A stretch of 64,000 nt of DNA from Ramazzottius varieornatus (lineage: Eukaryota; Animalia; Tardigrada), in NCBI GenBank assembly GCA_001949185.1, contig BDGG01000004.1, positions 3,363,625 through 3,427,624 of the forward strand, given 5' to 3'. Shown here in pieces: positions 1 through 14,283 of this stretch. Position 1 is the first letter of the stretch; each line of letters begins with the position of its first letter. The notes beneath the pieces were generated by a model. That model was not told the DNA's origin. It saw only the letters and a list, made by a program, of their open reading frames with translations, and ran no database searches. Both the position numbers and the translations under genes were made by a program.

Positions 1-595
1 ATCTTTCTAGTTTCCTAAAATTTGTCCAAATGCTCTAAGAAAGTTTTTCAATCGTTTTAAACCCAATTATGTGACTCACGGTTTGTCGACGTTCGTTTTT
101 GTGGAATGGAGCTTGGAGAATGGCAGTAACGTAATGGCATTTCGATCTGGGTGTCCGTTATCTGTAAGCGATACAGACGCACCGCCATCAAAACAAGAAT
201 GGGGCTATTTGGGGATTAACTCGAAAAATATCCCTTGATCCTTAGCGTCGATTTAACGGCTCCTTCTCATCTTTTCTCTCATTGTACCATCTCAATGGAA
301 GAAGCAACACTTGAGCAAACAAAGTGGGTTTGTTCGGCATCATTACGAGAAGAATTCCGATGAGTGTGCTTTTCTTGACCGTTGGTATAATGTCTTCTGA
401 CCGAACGCACAAAGAACCTTTCCGGCCTCTCTGACGTCGAATCTAACTTCCTTCGTTCTTTGCTTCTTTTGGGCGGTCCGGTGTTGGGACATCGTGTCAT
501 CATCGTCAGTAACCATTTATCTTTCAGTGTTCACTTCTGCTGTGTTTGATTACAACGTTGAAGTTTCCGATTAAACGAGGAAGTTTTATATAACC

Positions 596-1144
596 ATGGA
601 TTTCTTTCAGACATTTGGTTTCCCAGCTATCCATCCTCATCCATCGTACTCGGTAAGCCCGAAACCGAACTACGACGAACAGTTCGTCTCGACTGTTTGT
701 CTGCGCTTCCTGGCCGGTACCCAGTGGGATTCGAGAAGTTTTGTGCCGTCAACAAGGGAACCGGCATCCTGGAACGGAAGTCCGCATCAGCTGGCGGTCC
801 GCGAGCCACATTCCTCCGAGTATGCAGATCGTCCTGACCTTGGGGGTATTTCAAAGCCGTTAATGAAGGGCGAGGAGAAAACTGTGAACACAAAGCCTGT
901 GCCTTGTGCTTCGAAGACCGGAAATGCAAGTCGCAAGCGCTTGAGAACCACCTTTACCGGCCATCAACTGTCGGTAATGGAAAAGCAGTTTGAGCTGAAT
1001 CGGTACATCGGCAGCCTGGAACGCAAAGAGATTTCTGAGACCCTCGGCCTTACCGAAGGACAAGTAAAGATTTGGTGGCAGAACCGAAGAATCAAAGAAC
1101 GGAAATCGGCGCCCAAACCAGGAAGAAGTTTTTCTTTGGAATGA
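596..1144 (+). CDS. ANTP-class homeobox transcription factor, divergent, apparently single exon
   Basis: 182-aa ORF with a C-terminal homeodomain RKRLRTTFTGHQLSVMEKQFELNRYIGSLERKEISETLGLTEGQVKIWWQNRRIKERK (R5, W48, Q50, N51 and R53 present). Family not assignable by eye. Confidence 0.85.
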   Translation: MDFFQTFGFPAIHPHPSYSVSPKPNYDEQFVSTVCLRFLAGTQWDSRSFVPSTREPASWNGSPHQLAVREPHSSEYADRPDLGGISKPLMKGEEKTVNTKPVPCASKTGNASRKRLRTTFTGHQLSVMEKQFELNRYIGSLERKEISETLGLTEGQVKIWWQNRRIKERKSAPKPGRSFSLE

Positions 1145-1960
1145 CCATGTTGCTATGAAGTATTCGGCCCGTAGATGCGTCTTTCTTACAAACTCAGGTT
1201 TTTGACAAAATGAAAAACGCTATTTTTTAAGTTCTGGTTCTGTGCCTTGCACTTCTTCTTAGTGGTGGACGGTATCTAACAAAGTCAGACTGGGCTGCTT
1301 CGTCCGTTTCAATGGCACCTGTTGATTTGCAGTCTTCGTATGCCTCATTCCTAATTCCTAAATTTGGTATGATCCTCAGACAAAATGTCGAGTTCTGTTA
1401 GATTCTCATATGAGTACTTTAAGTTCATCGATACCGAAAGTTGGATGAGTGGAGGATGGTTTCCTGTGAGGCAGCTCTTCTTGGGGCGGGTAGTGGTGAC
1501 CGTGGTCTTCCAACGGTCCCGTTAGTTTACCAACTGATAGTTCTCCACCACGACTGGTCAAGTCAGTGGAATCGCTCCGATGTAGGAGACCAACAATAAG
1601 GTTTACCGAGGTTGCATTTCCGATGGTTTGACAAGATTTTAAACTTTAAACGTAGTTTACGTACTGTAATTATATTCGATGCAAAGCTTCAGTCGTCATT
1701 TCGATCTGCTGTTTCCTAGTTTCCTACCGGCTACCGCCAATTTGTGCCAAAGCCTGAGAACTTGCCCTAGGGGTGAAGATTCAATATTTTGACCTCTGGG
1801 CTTAATCAAGTTCTTACAGTTACGTAGCTGTGCGGCGATCGGCGTTTCGCAATCCTTCCCTCCTTCGTACTTCCGGTCTGGAACTTTAGACAGCATCGCC
1901 TCCTAGCTTTCTGACTTTGGCGGAGATCAAGCTGACGCTGAACGCTCCCCGTTGCGATTG

Positions 1961-3514
<1,554 letters not shown>

Positions 3515-3909
3515 TATTTGTCTGGGTTTTGAATCGAAATTCGGGAATTTGTTTCGATTGTTCATTTACCAGGTTTTTCCCTCCTCGTACTTCGTGTGTT
3601 CGGCTGGAATCCCTTGTATGCTTTCGAAGTTTCGATTCCAGATTTCACCACAGACATCATAAAAAAGTATTGAATCCAGATAAAGGCGTACAGTACGTTA
3701 CCTAAAAACCGGATTGCGCGCACTCTCGTTCAGCAGGTTTGAAGTTTACATTTTACAGTCGCCGTATTAAACTACGACAACTATAAAGTCTGAGTATCCT
3801 GGTGCTTGATTGCTATTGAGTCAGCTTTGCTCTTCGAAATCGGTCCATGAATTCGATGCAGATTTGTTAGTCGGACTGGCCATTGAGAGCTTTGGACCTC
3901 TCTACAAAG

Positions 3910-5343
3910 ATGACTACTTTGACGTAAGTATATCGTACATTCTCTCACTTAAGTCAGTTTACTTCTTCTTCTCGCGCAGCCCCTGTGTCCTGATTCCAGG
4001 CCAGGAATACTGCTTGGTATTGGGAACGCACTCCTGGACGTCACTGCGGAAGTTGAACTCAGCTTTCTCCTAAAGTACGGGATCGAACTGGATACAGCGG
4101 TCAGCGGAGACGAACGTCATGCTTCCTTGTAAGCGTGAGAAGGAATGCAGTCCGCATTGCGGTTTATCGTCTGATTGAAGAGTTAACAATGAATTTATTG
4201 TGTAACAGATTGGTTGATCTGGAGAAGCAATACCCTACTACACACTGTGCTGGCGGATCCGGCCTGAATGTTCTTCGTTCTGCTCAATGGATTCTCAGAG
4301 TTCCTGGCATCTGCACATTCGTTGGTTGTATAGGGAATGACTCTGCCGGGAAGATGTTGCTGAAGTCGGCCGAAAAAGACGGCGTGGACGCTGTATTCCA
4401 AATCGCGGAGTGCGAAACGAGCCTATGTATCGTAATGGCCGTCGCTGACCAGCGGTCACTATGCAGTTTCCAGCGTGCGAGCAGTCTATTCAGTTTCACA
4501 GAGATGTTACGGGCGGAAATGCAGCATCGCTTGCAGCGCGCATCGGTTATATATTTATCGGTACGAGTACTTGAAAGTGCGTTGGCTTTGCTCGGAAATC
4601 ATGGAGACACCTCACTACGGTAGAAGTTCGTCGCGGAGTGGTGGTCGGTGCCGTTTTTGGCCTTAGTAAATGACATGTTTCTGTGTTTTTGCAGGGGTTT
4701 TTCCTGAACGTTTGTACCAGAACAGCTCGGTACGTCACCACTTATGCGCGTGAAAACCAGAAACGATTTGTTCTGGACTTGGGTGCGCCAAGGGTTGTGG
4801 ATGCCCAAGCCGAGCTGGTGAGATGGCTCCTACCTGAAACCGACGTTCTGTTTGGTAACGAAGCAGAGTTCAGGGCTTTGGGAAGAACCTTGGGCATTTC
4901 GGTTAGTCGAAGAGCATCGACTACCGTACACCCGTTTTCTACGATGTCCTGTTACCGGAAGTACAGTAACAGCTTCATCTGTTATTTTGCAGGATAGCAC
5001 GAACGGTAAAAATCTCTGCAAAGCGGTCCAGAAGTGGATTTCCCAAGAAGCAGAACAGTTAAACCGCGACCACGCCCGGATCTTGCTGATGACGAGAGGG
5101 AAGGAGCCAGTTGTCGTCGCTACTTCAGCGGAAGGAGTTACCGAATATCCTTGTATGGAGGTTGCCAAAGAGGCTATTGTAGATGTTAATGGTGCTGGTG
5201 ATGCTTTCCTGGGTGGATTTCTGGCTAGATATATCCAGCACTGTTCGGTAGATGAATGTGTTACTTGTGGGTTGCTTACCTCGAACGCTGTGATACAGCA
5301 AAGAGGGTGTAATTTTCCTGAACTATCTCCTGCAGGACGATAA
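3910..5343 (+). CDS. ADK: Adenosine kinase, copy 2 (divergent tandem paralog)
   Basis: MTTLT|PGILLGIGNALLDVTAEV, AGGSGLN, GCIGNDSAG, FGNEAE and DVNGAGDAFLGGF. The first introns fall at the same positions as in copy 1. Confidence 0.85.
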
Positions 5344-5519
5344 CTGACGGATGCAGTGATCTTGTTTGTATACTACGAATCCCCTGGTTCTAGGATGAGT
5401 TCTAGTACTAGGTATTCGTGAGCACGGAACCTGCGATGTAGCGCCAAGGCTTCCTGTCCTTTGTTCAGTTTGCTGGTTTTGTTACTGTGTGACGTCATTT
5501 ACATACAATTAACCTCAGT

Positions 5520-5536
5520 AGTATGTCATGTCATAC
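5520..5536. promoter_or_regulatory. Candidate promoter motif AGTATGTCATGTCATAC
   Basis: Identical 17-mer at 16411-16427; about 320 bp upstream of ATG 5855. Confidence 0.45.
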
Positions 5537-5854
5537 GATATCGTGAACTTTCGGTCAGCGGCGCTCGGATGTGTTCCAGACTTCCAGTCAGTTTAGTACG
5601 TAGTCCGCAGTCTTCTCCGCCTTTCCCGAAACACTTACTACATCCCTGATCTTGAATGGAAGGGGGTATTTTATCATACATTTGGATTGGGTAAGGACGT
5701 TAACTCCAGGACCACCCGCTCGTATATCCTTGTCGTGAACTCGAGACTGCCGTAACTCTGCTTGGTACAGTACAGTAGCTTACTGGACACAGGAGAGTCA
5801 ACCACAAATTCCTCGAGGAGCTACTCGTCTGGCGAAGCTGCACCCAACCCCATC

Positions 5855-6793
5855 ATGAACTGGATTCCGAAAGAAAAAGCACACTCGAAGAAGCCGTCAG
5901 AGAAGGATAAGATAAAAGTAAGACCACGCGTGGATTTTCGTGTAGTTTTCAAGCGCTGCTTTTCGTCCTGTCTTGATTCTTGAATCATCCTGTATTTTGA
6001 GCCTTGACCAAGAAAGAAAGCCAGTGCTTCGGTTAGTTCGATGAGGCCTTCTGAACCAGATTTTCAGCGTCTCGAACAAATTTAGGAATACTTTCGGAAA
6101 CATCGACGGACTCTCGGAATCGCGGCCACAGAGGTAGCAGTTCAAAATTCGGATGGAAGGGAACCTGACAAGCGATCACGCAGCGTAAGCCGAAGTCGTA
6201 CTTCCGATTCATCAAGTCCACTCAAATCGCCCTCACCCAAGCCTCCGCCATTTACCGCTCAAGTTCATTCTTCCAGAAGATCCAAGCGCGGAACACCAGT
6301 ACAGGGGGAGCAGTTGCCGTTGGCTGACATGGATCTGAGAGGCCTTGCCGAAGTGATCAAAGATCCTTCCAACATCAGCACGGACCTCGTCCATCTGGAG
6401 CTGATGAAACGCATGTTCGGCTACCGTCCTCGCACAGAACCGGAATCTCCAACCGCAGAGCAAGGCTTGGATACAACAGTGTATTACACGAATGACGAAA
6501 GTCCTTTTGATTTAATGAGTAGGTCGGCACAGGTCATCGAAGAAGCTCCTCGAAAAATTGCGATAATTCGTCCAGAAAACCAGCTCAACTGGACGGACCC
6601 AGGATTTTCCAACATCGAAGACCAGAACTTAGATACCTCAAACCTTCCGACGGATTACGAGCGGGAAAGTAACTTTGCGGAACGAAGCGCTGAGGAGCAG
6701 TCCAAGGTTGGCTCTTCGTACTGGGACTTGACCGACTTAACGAGAGCGACAAACCCGAGGCAACATCTTCCCAGGTCTTTCTTCCCATTTTAG
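5855..6793 (+). CDS. REDIC1/C12orf40/HEIP1-like protein (putative meiotic crossover factor)
   Basis: Exon 1 5855-5917 (donor gtaaga) joins exon 2 at 6086 (after tttag), in frame with ORF 6314-6793. This gives MNWIPKEKAHSKKPSEKDKIK|EYFRKHRRTL...ISTDLVHLELMKRM, resembling the recalled REDIC1 N-terminus (MNW...KQKEYFEKHR...SLDILNL). The 3' end may be spliced further. Confidence 0.55.
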
Positions 6794-8354
6794 TCCTCCT
6801 ATTACTGTGTCTGCCAGCTTTCCTTCTTTCTTTTGCTAACTCTCTACATTGGCTGGTGTCACCTGTTGGTATACGAGAGGCAATCCCAGTTGCGATCGTT
6901 TGGCGACTGGGATTGCCCCCCTTACTTTCCTGTTCGTTTGGCGCGCACCGTCACCATGAAGTCTTTCCAGTAGAAAATCTAGAACGTATTTTAGTAGTGT
7001 GTATATGTAATAAAAGTGAAGGAACGATGGAGAAGATTCAGTTGGCAAAATACAGGACAATTTTTAGTGCGGAGTGCTTGTAGTGCGCCACTCAAAAGGG
7101 GCGCTAAATGCCTGGATTTGTACCGCAAGGTCGGTCGATATGCTCGTTATTTTTTGCTGGACGGGGCATGAATTATTTCCCGATATATTATAGGTGTATG
7201 TAAATGGAGTAGCAGAATCCGGCAAGGTAGCATCCCGTGGAAGTGGGCTCTCCGCACCTACATATTATTGATTAGCCTTTACGTGCGGCGCATGCATAAA
7301 AGTGATCTTGAAGTTATGCCGTAGAGAGCAAGCTAGGGTAGAATACTGTATTGCACAAGGCCGTTACGGGAGAGCGACAAGACGCGCGGCGACTAAAAGG
7401 ATGGCGTCCGCCGCTCGATGGATGGTTGACTGTTTATGCACCGTGAAGGTATTCAGCCGAAGCAAAGAACTTAGCCGCAACATATGCCGTCGTTCGGCGA
7501 TTGACTATTCACCATTCGGAACTGGTCGATGATGCCGGCTATTCTCTTCCGCAGTAAAGTGTTTGCTGAGTTAGAAGCGCGTCCCTAATATCGATCCCTC
7601 TAATGCAACATGCAACCTTCGATGAAACTGTAAGAAGCAACAGTGCGTTCCTGCCCTGGCTTCATGTGAAGTGGATGTGATCTCGCGATCCCGTACGTGC
7701 TGAAATTATTTTGCCGTCTCGTTTTGATTACTCGCCGTCTTGTGCCATATCCTGTCCGACATCCCGCTGATTGTGCTGTAGTCCTGTTGGCTTGAGTTTC
7801 CGCGTCCGGAAAAAAATTATTCTGGCAGTGAACTTCCATATGCACCAACTTTCTTCGAGGACCGCGGCTTTCGGAGACCAATTATTTCAGCAAGAGTGCT
7901 GCTTAATATCTCCTTTCGGGTCGGTTTCATGTCACAAGCAGCCTGTTCATTTGACATTTTCACCCCGCTGAAATTTGGACTGCCCTGTGAAATGTTTTAA
8001 CGTCTTACGTGCACCAAGAATTCTAGGAATATTTCGGATAGCCCTGGGCTTCTTGCGACATTGTGCGATTACACAGGTCACAGGTGATGATCTCGTAACA
8101 CTCTGGTTTTGTTTAATGACGCCCTCAATTTCAATTTAAGATGTTATTACTACAGACTTCGAGAAATTTTTGATTATTAAAATGTGCAAGACTCTCGCAT
8201 GGCCGCAAACAGCAGTTGTTTTTTAAGGTTTCGCTACGGATTACGGAGTGACAAAGTCGTTAAATCTGACCGTTTTTTATTCTTCATAGGCGACAGTTGT
8301 GCACATAAGTGATCCGGAAGCAACAGTAGAGCAAAGGACGCATCAAAGAATTTG

Positions 8355-10666
8355 ATGGCGATTCCTGGTGCCAATACGGGTGGTGTAGCGTATGTCGAAA
8401 GAGACCTGAACATTGACTCCGTCATCGAACAGCTAATTTCCGTCAGGGACAATCCCGGCAAGCAGGTATCAGAAAGCGTCCCGTACAGCACTAACGATCT
8501 GTCTGAAGAACGAGCAATATTAATTTTGCACCAGGGACCGTATGACATTATAGCGGTACTAGGGCGTGGCACTCAAAACTTAACCCGTTAGTCTCTTTTC
8601 TCCCTCGAGCGAGCATTGTTCTGCGTTTCGGAATACGACTATAGTAAGAAAAATTTAGAGTACTGTAATAGGAAATGTAGGGGTTTAAATACGGGACATG
8701 TCACCTCCCGTTGACGACCTAATTGTGCCAGCAGTCGCGGTTCCCTGGCTGGGCTCCGGCTTCTGTACAAATAAGACGTTCTTTCGTGATCGATACTTTG
8801 CCTGATTTGATTTGGTTATCTGCTGAAATCTCTTGTTGCAGGTGCAGTTACCCGAGAATACAATTCGGATACTTTGTCAGTTGTCACGGGCCATCTTTTT
8901 GGAGCAGCCGATGCTCGTAGAACTGGCTTCACCCGTAGTAATAGCCGGCGATATTCATGGTACGTACTGGAGTGTTGACCTTCTCTTTCCCAACGAAGTA
9001 ATGTGTCTCGCTTGCATTGACTTATTTCCAGGTCAATTTGAGGACCTTTTACGGCATTTCGACCGGGTACGTAATGGTTCGCCGAATGCCCGAACTGCTA
9101 ATATGCTGTACAATAAGTTTTCTCGTCGTCCAGGTGGGATATCCAGGCCAAAAAAATTACTTGTTCATGGGAGACTACGTAGATCGGTAAGTGCATTTTA
9201 CTTGTCCGATTACGATGCTACGTTTTCCATATTAGTGAACGTTTCTATCTTCGGCAGGGGCAAACGCTCGTTAGAGACCATTTGCCTTGTGCTGGCCTAC
9301 AAGATAAAGTTCCCAGAGAACTTTTTCCTCCTTCGCGGTAACCACGAATGCGCGAGCATCAACCGTATTTATGGATTTTACGACGAATGTAAGTCTTGCT
9401 TGTCGGCACAAAACCTATTTTCTCGGATAATTGCACTGAGTCTACAAAACGCTAATGGGTTTAGGCAAGCGGCGTTACAATATCAAGCTGTGGAAGACGT
9501 TTACCGACTGTAAGGTTCATTACACACAAGCTGTTTCCTGGGCCGTGATGGACGCAATTTTTTCATCAACTGTCAAATGGCTGTAACTTAGAGTGACTGC
9601 TGTTTTTCCTAGGTTTTAACTGCCTGCCGATAGCAGCTCTTGTAGAAGGAAGCATATTGTAAGTCTTATAACGATGCCCAAGTCACAAAATCCATCAGCG
9701 AAGCTTTCCTCGGCGGACTGCAAGATAGTTCGGATCTTTTTATCTTTCTTTCTAGATGCATGCATGGCGGTTTAAGCCCGGATTTAGAAGATTTAGACCA
9801 GGTATGGTAATTCATCGAAGAGCAATATTTTAAGAGTATGAGTTTCATCACAGTACGGGTTGCTGGTCTTTGCCGGTCTTTCAGTCTTTCCGTTTTTAGA
9901 TACGGCGGATAGCGAGGCCTTTGGACGTACCTGACAGTATGTGGTTGAATCATTCATAACTATGGTGGTGTAATCCAAATGCGCGGCTGGTGAATGGCTG
10001 AAAGGTCAAACGCTGCTCATCATCAATAGGTGGATTAGTATGTGATCTTCTTTGGAGTGATCCTGTAAGTCTCTGGACTGAACTTCCTGTTCGAATTACT
10101 CTGGAAATTGCGTACGGCCTACGGCTTGATCTTTTCTTGATTATGCAGGATGAAGATATCACAGGCTGGGGTGAAAATGATCGTGGAGTTTCTTACACGT
10201 TCGGCGGTGATATTGTGCGGCAGTATTTGAAGAAGCTTGATTGCAGCTGTATCGTTAGAGCACACCAAGGTTAGTGAAATATCCGTCCGCAGACTAATAA
10301 TGCAGTTTTGAAATGTATCTGACATTTTTTTATGGTGAGTAGTTCACTTGTATTGATTTGTAGTGGTGGAGGATGGATACCAGTTTTTCCAGAAAAGAAA
10401 GGTACAGTTCGCCGCATTGTTCGCTTTTCTCAGTTGTGTCAGAGTCCATTCACACTGGTTATGTCAGTTTCTTTGAATCCGACAGTATCGTAATGGATGT
10501 ATCATCTTAAATGTAGCTCGTCACCCTGTTCTCCGCACCCAACTATTGTGGAGAGTTCGACAACGCTGGAGCTGTGATGATCGTGGATGAGAGCCTTACA
10601 TGTTCGTTTTCGATTCTCCCTCCGGACAAAGCTAAAATTCTTGGCGACAACAAGGACAAGAAATGA
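8355..10666 (+). CDS. Serine/threonine protein phosphatase PP1 catalytic subunit, divergent paralog (13 exons)
   Basis: Spliced peptide contains [60 protein letters not shown] and [11 protein letters not shown]. Stop TGA at 10664-10666. Confidence 0.92.
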
Positions 10667-11275
10667 ACGCTTCGCCGCACCAAACATTCCGCAAAAGCTT
10701 TGAGATCTGAAGTGTGTCCATTAAAGTTGTTTTTGATAATAATAATAGTTCAATTATTACTGCCGTAAAGTGTGTTTGTTGTAAATAGTAAGCCATGATT
10801 CGTTAGCCGAGCTTTGGATTTGCTGTTTTGGCTTATTAATTTGACTGTGTGGAGTAAGCAATAAGTCTAATTAGACAATTGGCGTAAAATGGTTCTGACA
10901 GGGTTATTGTCGGAACGCGGAGAACCTTGAAGAATGAAGGAACAGGGGCGTAAAGAATCTTAAGCGCATAATTCCCTTCAGCGGAAATGAAACGTCATCT
11001 TGCGTCACAGAGTTCATTGTACGGGTGGTTACTACTAATTACAAAAATAAATAGGTGAAAGGTGCCTAAGACCTAAGTATAGTACTGTAGACTGTACAGT
11101 ATGTCAATGTCACGATGCAGCCGCTATGCATTGATTGTTGATTCACTCGGTCCACGAGTCCCTGTAACTCCCTGTTCCAACCCAAAGCGGAAACTTCACT
11201 GCTTCTTGAGTTTTGTCGTCCAGATTCACGAGTTGAGTATCTCCGAAGGACACCTTTACCTATCCTTTTTGTATC

Positions 11276-11742
11276 ATGGCTGTATTTGCACCTCCTGGCA
11301 AACCGATCATTCGGCTACTACGCGCAGGCTGCACGAACCGCCCCTTTTACCATGTCGTCGTTCAGCCGCACAACAAGGACGTCTATGATGAAACGATGAC
11401 GCTGGAACAAGTGGGGACTTACGACCCGATGCCCAACGCGAACAATGAGAAGCTGGTAGCTTTCAACTTCGACAGGTAAGATTTTAAGGTAGTTCTTCCG
11501 TTGCGGAGTTGACACTGTTGATACGCGCTGATTGCAGGATAAGGTATTGGCTCGGTTCCGGTGCAAGCACGAGTAAAGCTGTGGACCAGCTATTCGGTAT
11601 ATGTGGCTTCTTCCCTGTACACCCTATGTCCTACATAACGGCGCAGAGGAACCGGAAGAGCATCGCGGCGAGAGCAGAAGCTGCGGCCAAAGAAGCGGAG
11701 AATAAGGCTGCATCAGAATCTGCGGAAGAAAAGCAAAGCTAA
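11276..11742 (+). CDS. MRPS16: Mitochondrial ribosomal protein S16
   Basis: IRLLRAGCTNRPFYHVVV...EQVGTYDPMPN.NNEKLVAFNFDR|IRYWLGSGA...GFFPVHP, with one intron at 11476-11537. Confidence 0.92.
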
Positions 11743-12230
11743 CTGTCCGCAACGCTGGCGTGACTTCTTGCCCTTCCAGACGGGTAGATCGGTGGAATGA
11801 GCGCGGAGCTTGCTCGGCCCTCGCACATCGTAACGGGCTCTTATCTTTTGGAAAGTGAAATTTGCTGTGTTCGTGTCAATTTCAAAGATATTAGTTTTTC
11901 TTTCATGGATCGGCTTTTGACTTTTGTACATAGAAGCAATCGTACATCTGGCTGACGAAAAAAGAAATAAAACAGCTGCTGAGAATCTCGAGCTCCTGAC
12001 AATACTGATGAATTCGTTTCGTCAAGAGCTTTTCAGCGTGAAAGTTGCTCAAAACCCATCGTGACTCCTTGACACTGAGTTCCTGGATAACTAAGAAGAG
12101 CAAACATGAGAAGTCCCGTAGTATACAATATTTTCGAAGATCAAGCCAAGAATCATCAAGGGCTTTCTGCCATGCGTCAGTTCCGCGATCGATGCGTTTC
12201 GAAGCCCGCAAGTAAGATCTCTTTGACAGC

Positions 12231-13853
12231 TTATGGCTTCGTCGGTTGAGGAGCTGGTACAGGCTCGCTGATCAGTTCTCTCTCCAGGTCGATATCATTT
12301 ACATCCACGTCATTGACAACTTCGTAGCTATCCAGTGTGTTCTGTAGCTCTTGCTCCCAGTCTTCGGGCTTCTTGGCGCCTATAAAACAGAAATTTAGTC
12401 GCAAATGCCTCGACGGTCAGGACGAGTTATTATGCGTCCACACGGAAAGTCTCGTGCCGTACCTTTTGTTCCACTAGTAGCCGAGGAACTTGCAGATGGA
12501 GAACACGAAGGAATGTCTACGGGATGATGTTCTTCTGGATGAGCGTCTGAATCTCCCACCACCGACCCGTCCATCAAGTCCAAATTTGACGCAATCGAGA
12601 TATCATCTGTGAAGAAACTGTAGTCGTCAAAAACTCCATTACAGAGCTCATAACCACATCAACGTACCTCGGTCAGCTTCCGTAATCGGCTTGTTCACTA
12701 AGAATAAAAATTAGATAGAACTAAAGTTCTAGAAGAACGTGAGAAACTCAGGAAACGTACGTGTAAGGTTGTCGGTGGTGAGGGCGGAAGACTGCTTGAT
12801 CAAGGAAATCCGGTAAAAGTAGTTCCTCCAGAACGAGTTTTCGCTAACACTGCAAACACAATAGTGATAACATCGTAATGAGATGCTGATAGAAATTAAT
12901 CCGCACGTGCTAGCACGTTCGGTGAGTACGCGTACACTTTTGGAACCAGCTCGAAGCGTAGCTTGTCAAGATTAGGGTCTTCTTTCATGAGAATGGGGAT
13001 GACTGGCATTGCGCTAGCCAAATCGAACTCAAAGTTCGCCCCAGCTGGAGGTTCCCGTGTGAAGTTTCTTTTCTCCTGCAGAGAAATCTGTCAGGTTCGC
13101 GCAAACATGTTTACTTTAAGGAAAAACAACATTTCTTGGTGTTCAGGATCTTACGGTGGATAGCGCGACGACTTGGCGCTTCACTTCATCCCCATTTGCA
13201 CTCTCCTCCCATGGAGCACTTCCAGGTCCCTGAAACTGCGCTTGCTTTTCTTGGATGAATTCTTGCTGCATCTTGTTAAAGTCCCCGAGAACCGTCTGAA
13301 TGAAAATAACGAAGTGCATGAGTCACTGCAGAAGCCACAAATCAATATTTAAGATACGACCCAAAGAACATCATGCGGAGACCACAGCTCCAAAATGACT
13401 CCGAAACTAGCCTTTTCCTCAATTGACTTCTGAACCGTCTTTCCGACTTCTTTCGCGTGATCTACAACAGTCTGACTAGCTGCGGTGATCCTGCTTGCCA
13501 GGTCTGATATGCCTCCTGGAGCACATAATAGCGTTAGTTGTTAGCGACCGTCACGGATATTTGCTTCAAGTATAAAACAATAATAATTATGGTTTCGACC
13601 CCACCGAACAGTCCAGCAGGTATCTGAGATTTCACTGACGAAAATATTCCTGCAAATTAAGCAAACCATTGTCACAAGAACCCGCAGGTGTTATGTACAG
13701 CTGCATTCCTACGGTGAACTACTTACCAGAAGCTGTTTCCGCTCCCTTGGACAATTCAGTAGCTTGACTAGTAGACGTGGCGTCAGCTATCGTCTCCGAC
13801 TTCTTCGCAGGCTCCAGGTAAACTTCAGCAGCGTCGGGAGAACATTTATCCAT
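12231..13853 (-). CDS. SYAP1: Synapse-associated protein 1 / SAP47 (BSD domain)
   Basis: Multi-exon minus-strand model with BSD domain FEFDLASAMPVIPILMKEDPNLDKLRFELVPKVVSENSFWRNYFYRISLIKQS and C-terminal DWEQELQNTLDSYEVV. ATG 13853, TAA 12231. Confidence 0.88.
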
Positions 13854-14012
13854 GGATAAGTAGCACGAACTTCGAGGTAGGATACAACGAGGATAACTTG
13901 AAACCTTCTGCACTCTGATGCGGGACGAAGGACACAAGTCACACAAAGGAGCAAAACGTTGAAACTGAAAAAGAAAAATTAAAATATAAATTGAAAACAG
14001 AGATCTGGTCCG

Positions 14013-14025
14013 ATGACATGACATA
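14013..14025. promoter_or_regulatory. Candidate promoter motif (ATGACATGACATA) in the SYAP1/ATP5MK divergent interval
   Basis: Reverse complement of TATGTCATGTCAT, followed by an extra CATGACA half-site. Confidence 0.45.
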
Positions 14026-14283
14026 TGGCATGACAATCTGTCGAGCTAATATGCCGTCCTCTGACCTCCGATGTCGCACAGCTGGATTACGGGTTATCGC
14101 AATCTCCGTTCCGTTTCAATCTGTCATTTAAATAACTTTTCCCATTTCCGGTTGTTGTTGGGCGGCTCTGATCTTCTGTCGCTTCTGTTCTTGACTCGGA
14201 AGTTGACTTCCTACGTGTGTTTTGTCTTTCACGGATATCTTGTTGAACTGTTATTCCAAGGAGCTCATCGACCCGGCGGTATC

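Noticed and set aside
279-515. Short minus-strand ORFs at the window start, one frame containing KEVRF (a PP1-docking-like RVxF)
   Set aside because: No consistent splice model or recognisable domain; the motif is too short to be meaningful.
1227-1896. Possible small minus-strand spliced gene (exon-like 1227-1357 and about 1435-1600; ORF 1696-1896)
   Set aside because: Two pieces join in frame, but I found no convincing start exon or homology. It needs transcript evidence.
6836-8340. Scattered 60-90 aa ORFs and possible RNA gene in the long intergenic region
   Set aside because: No domain motifs and no tRNA cloverleaf or snRNA signature recognised.
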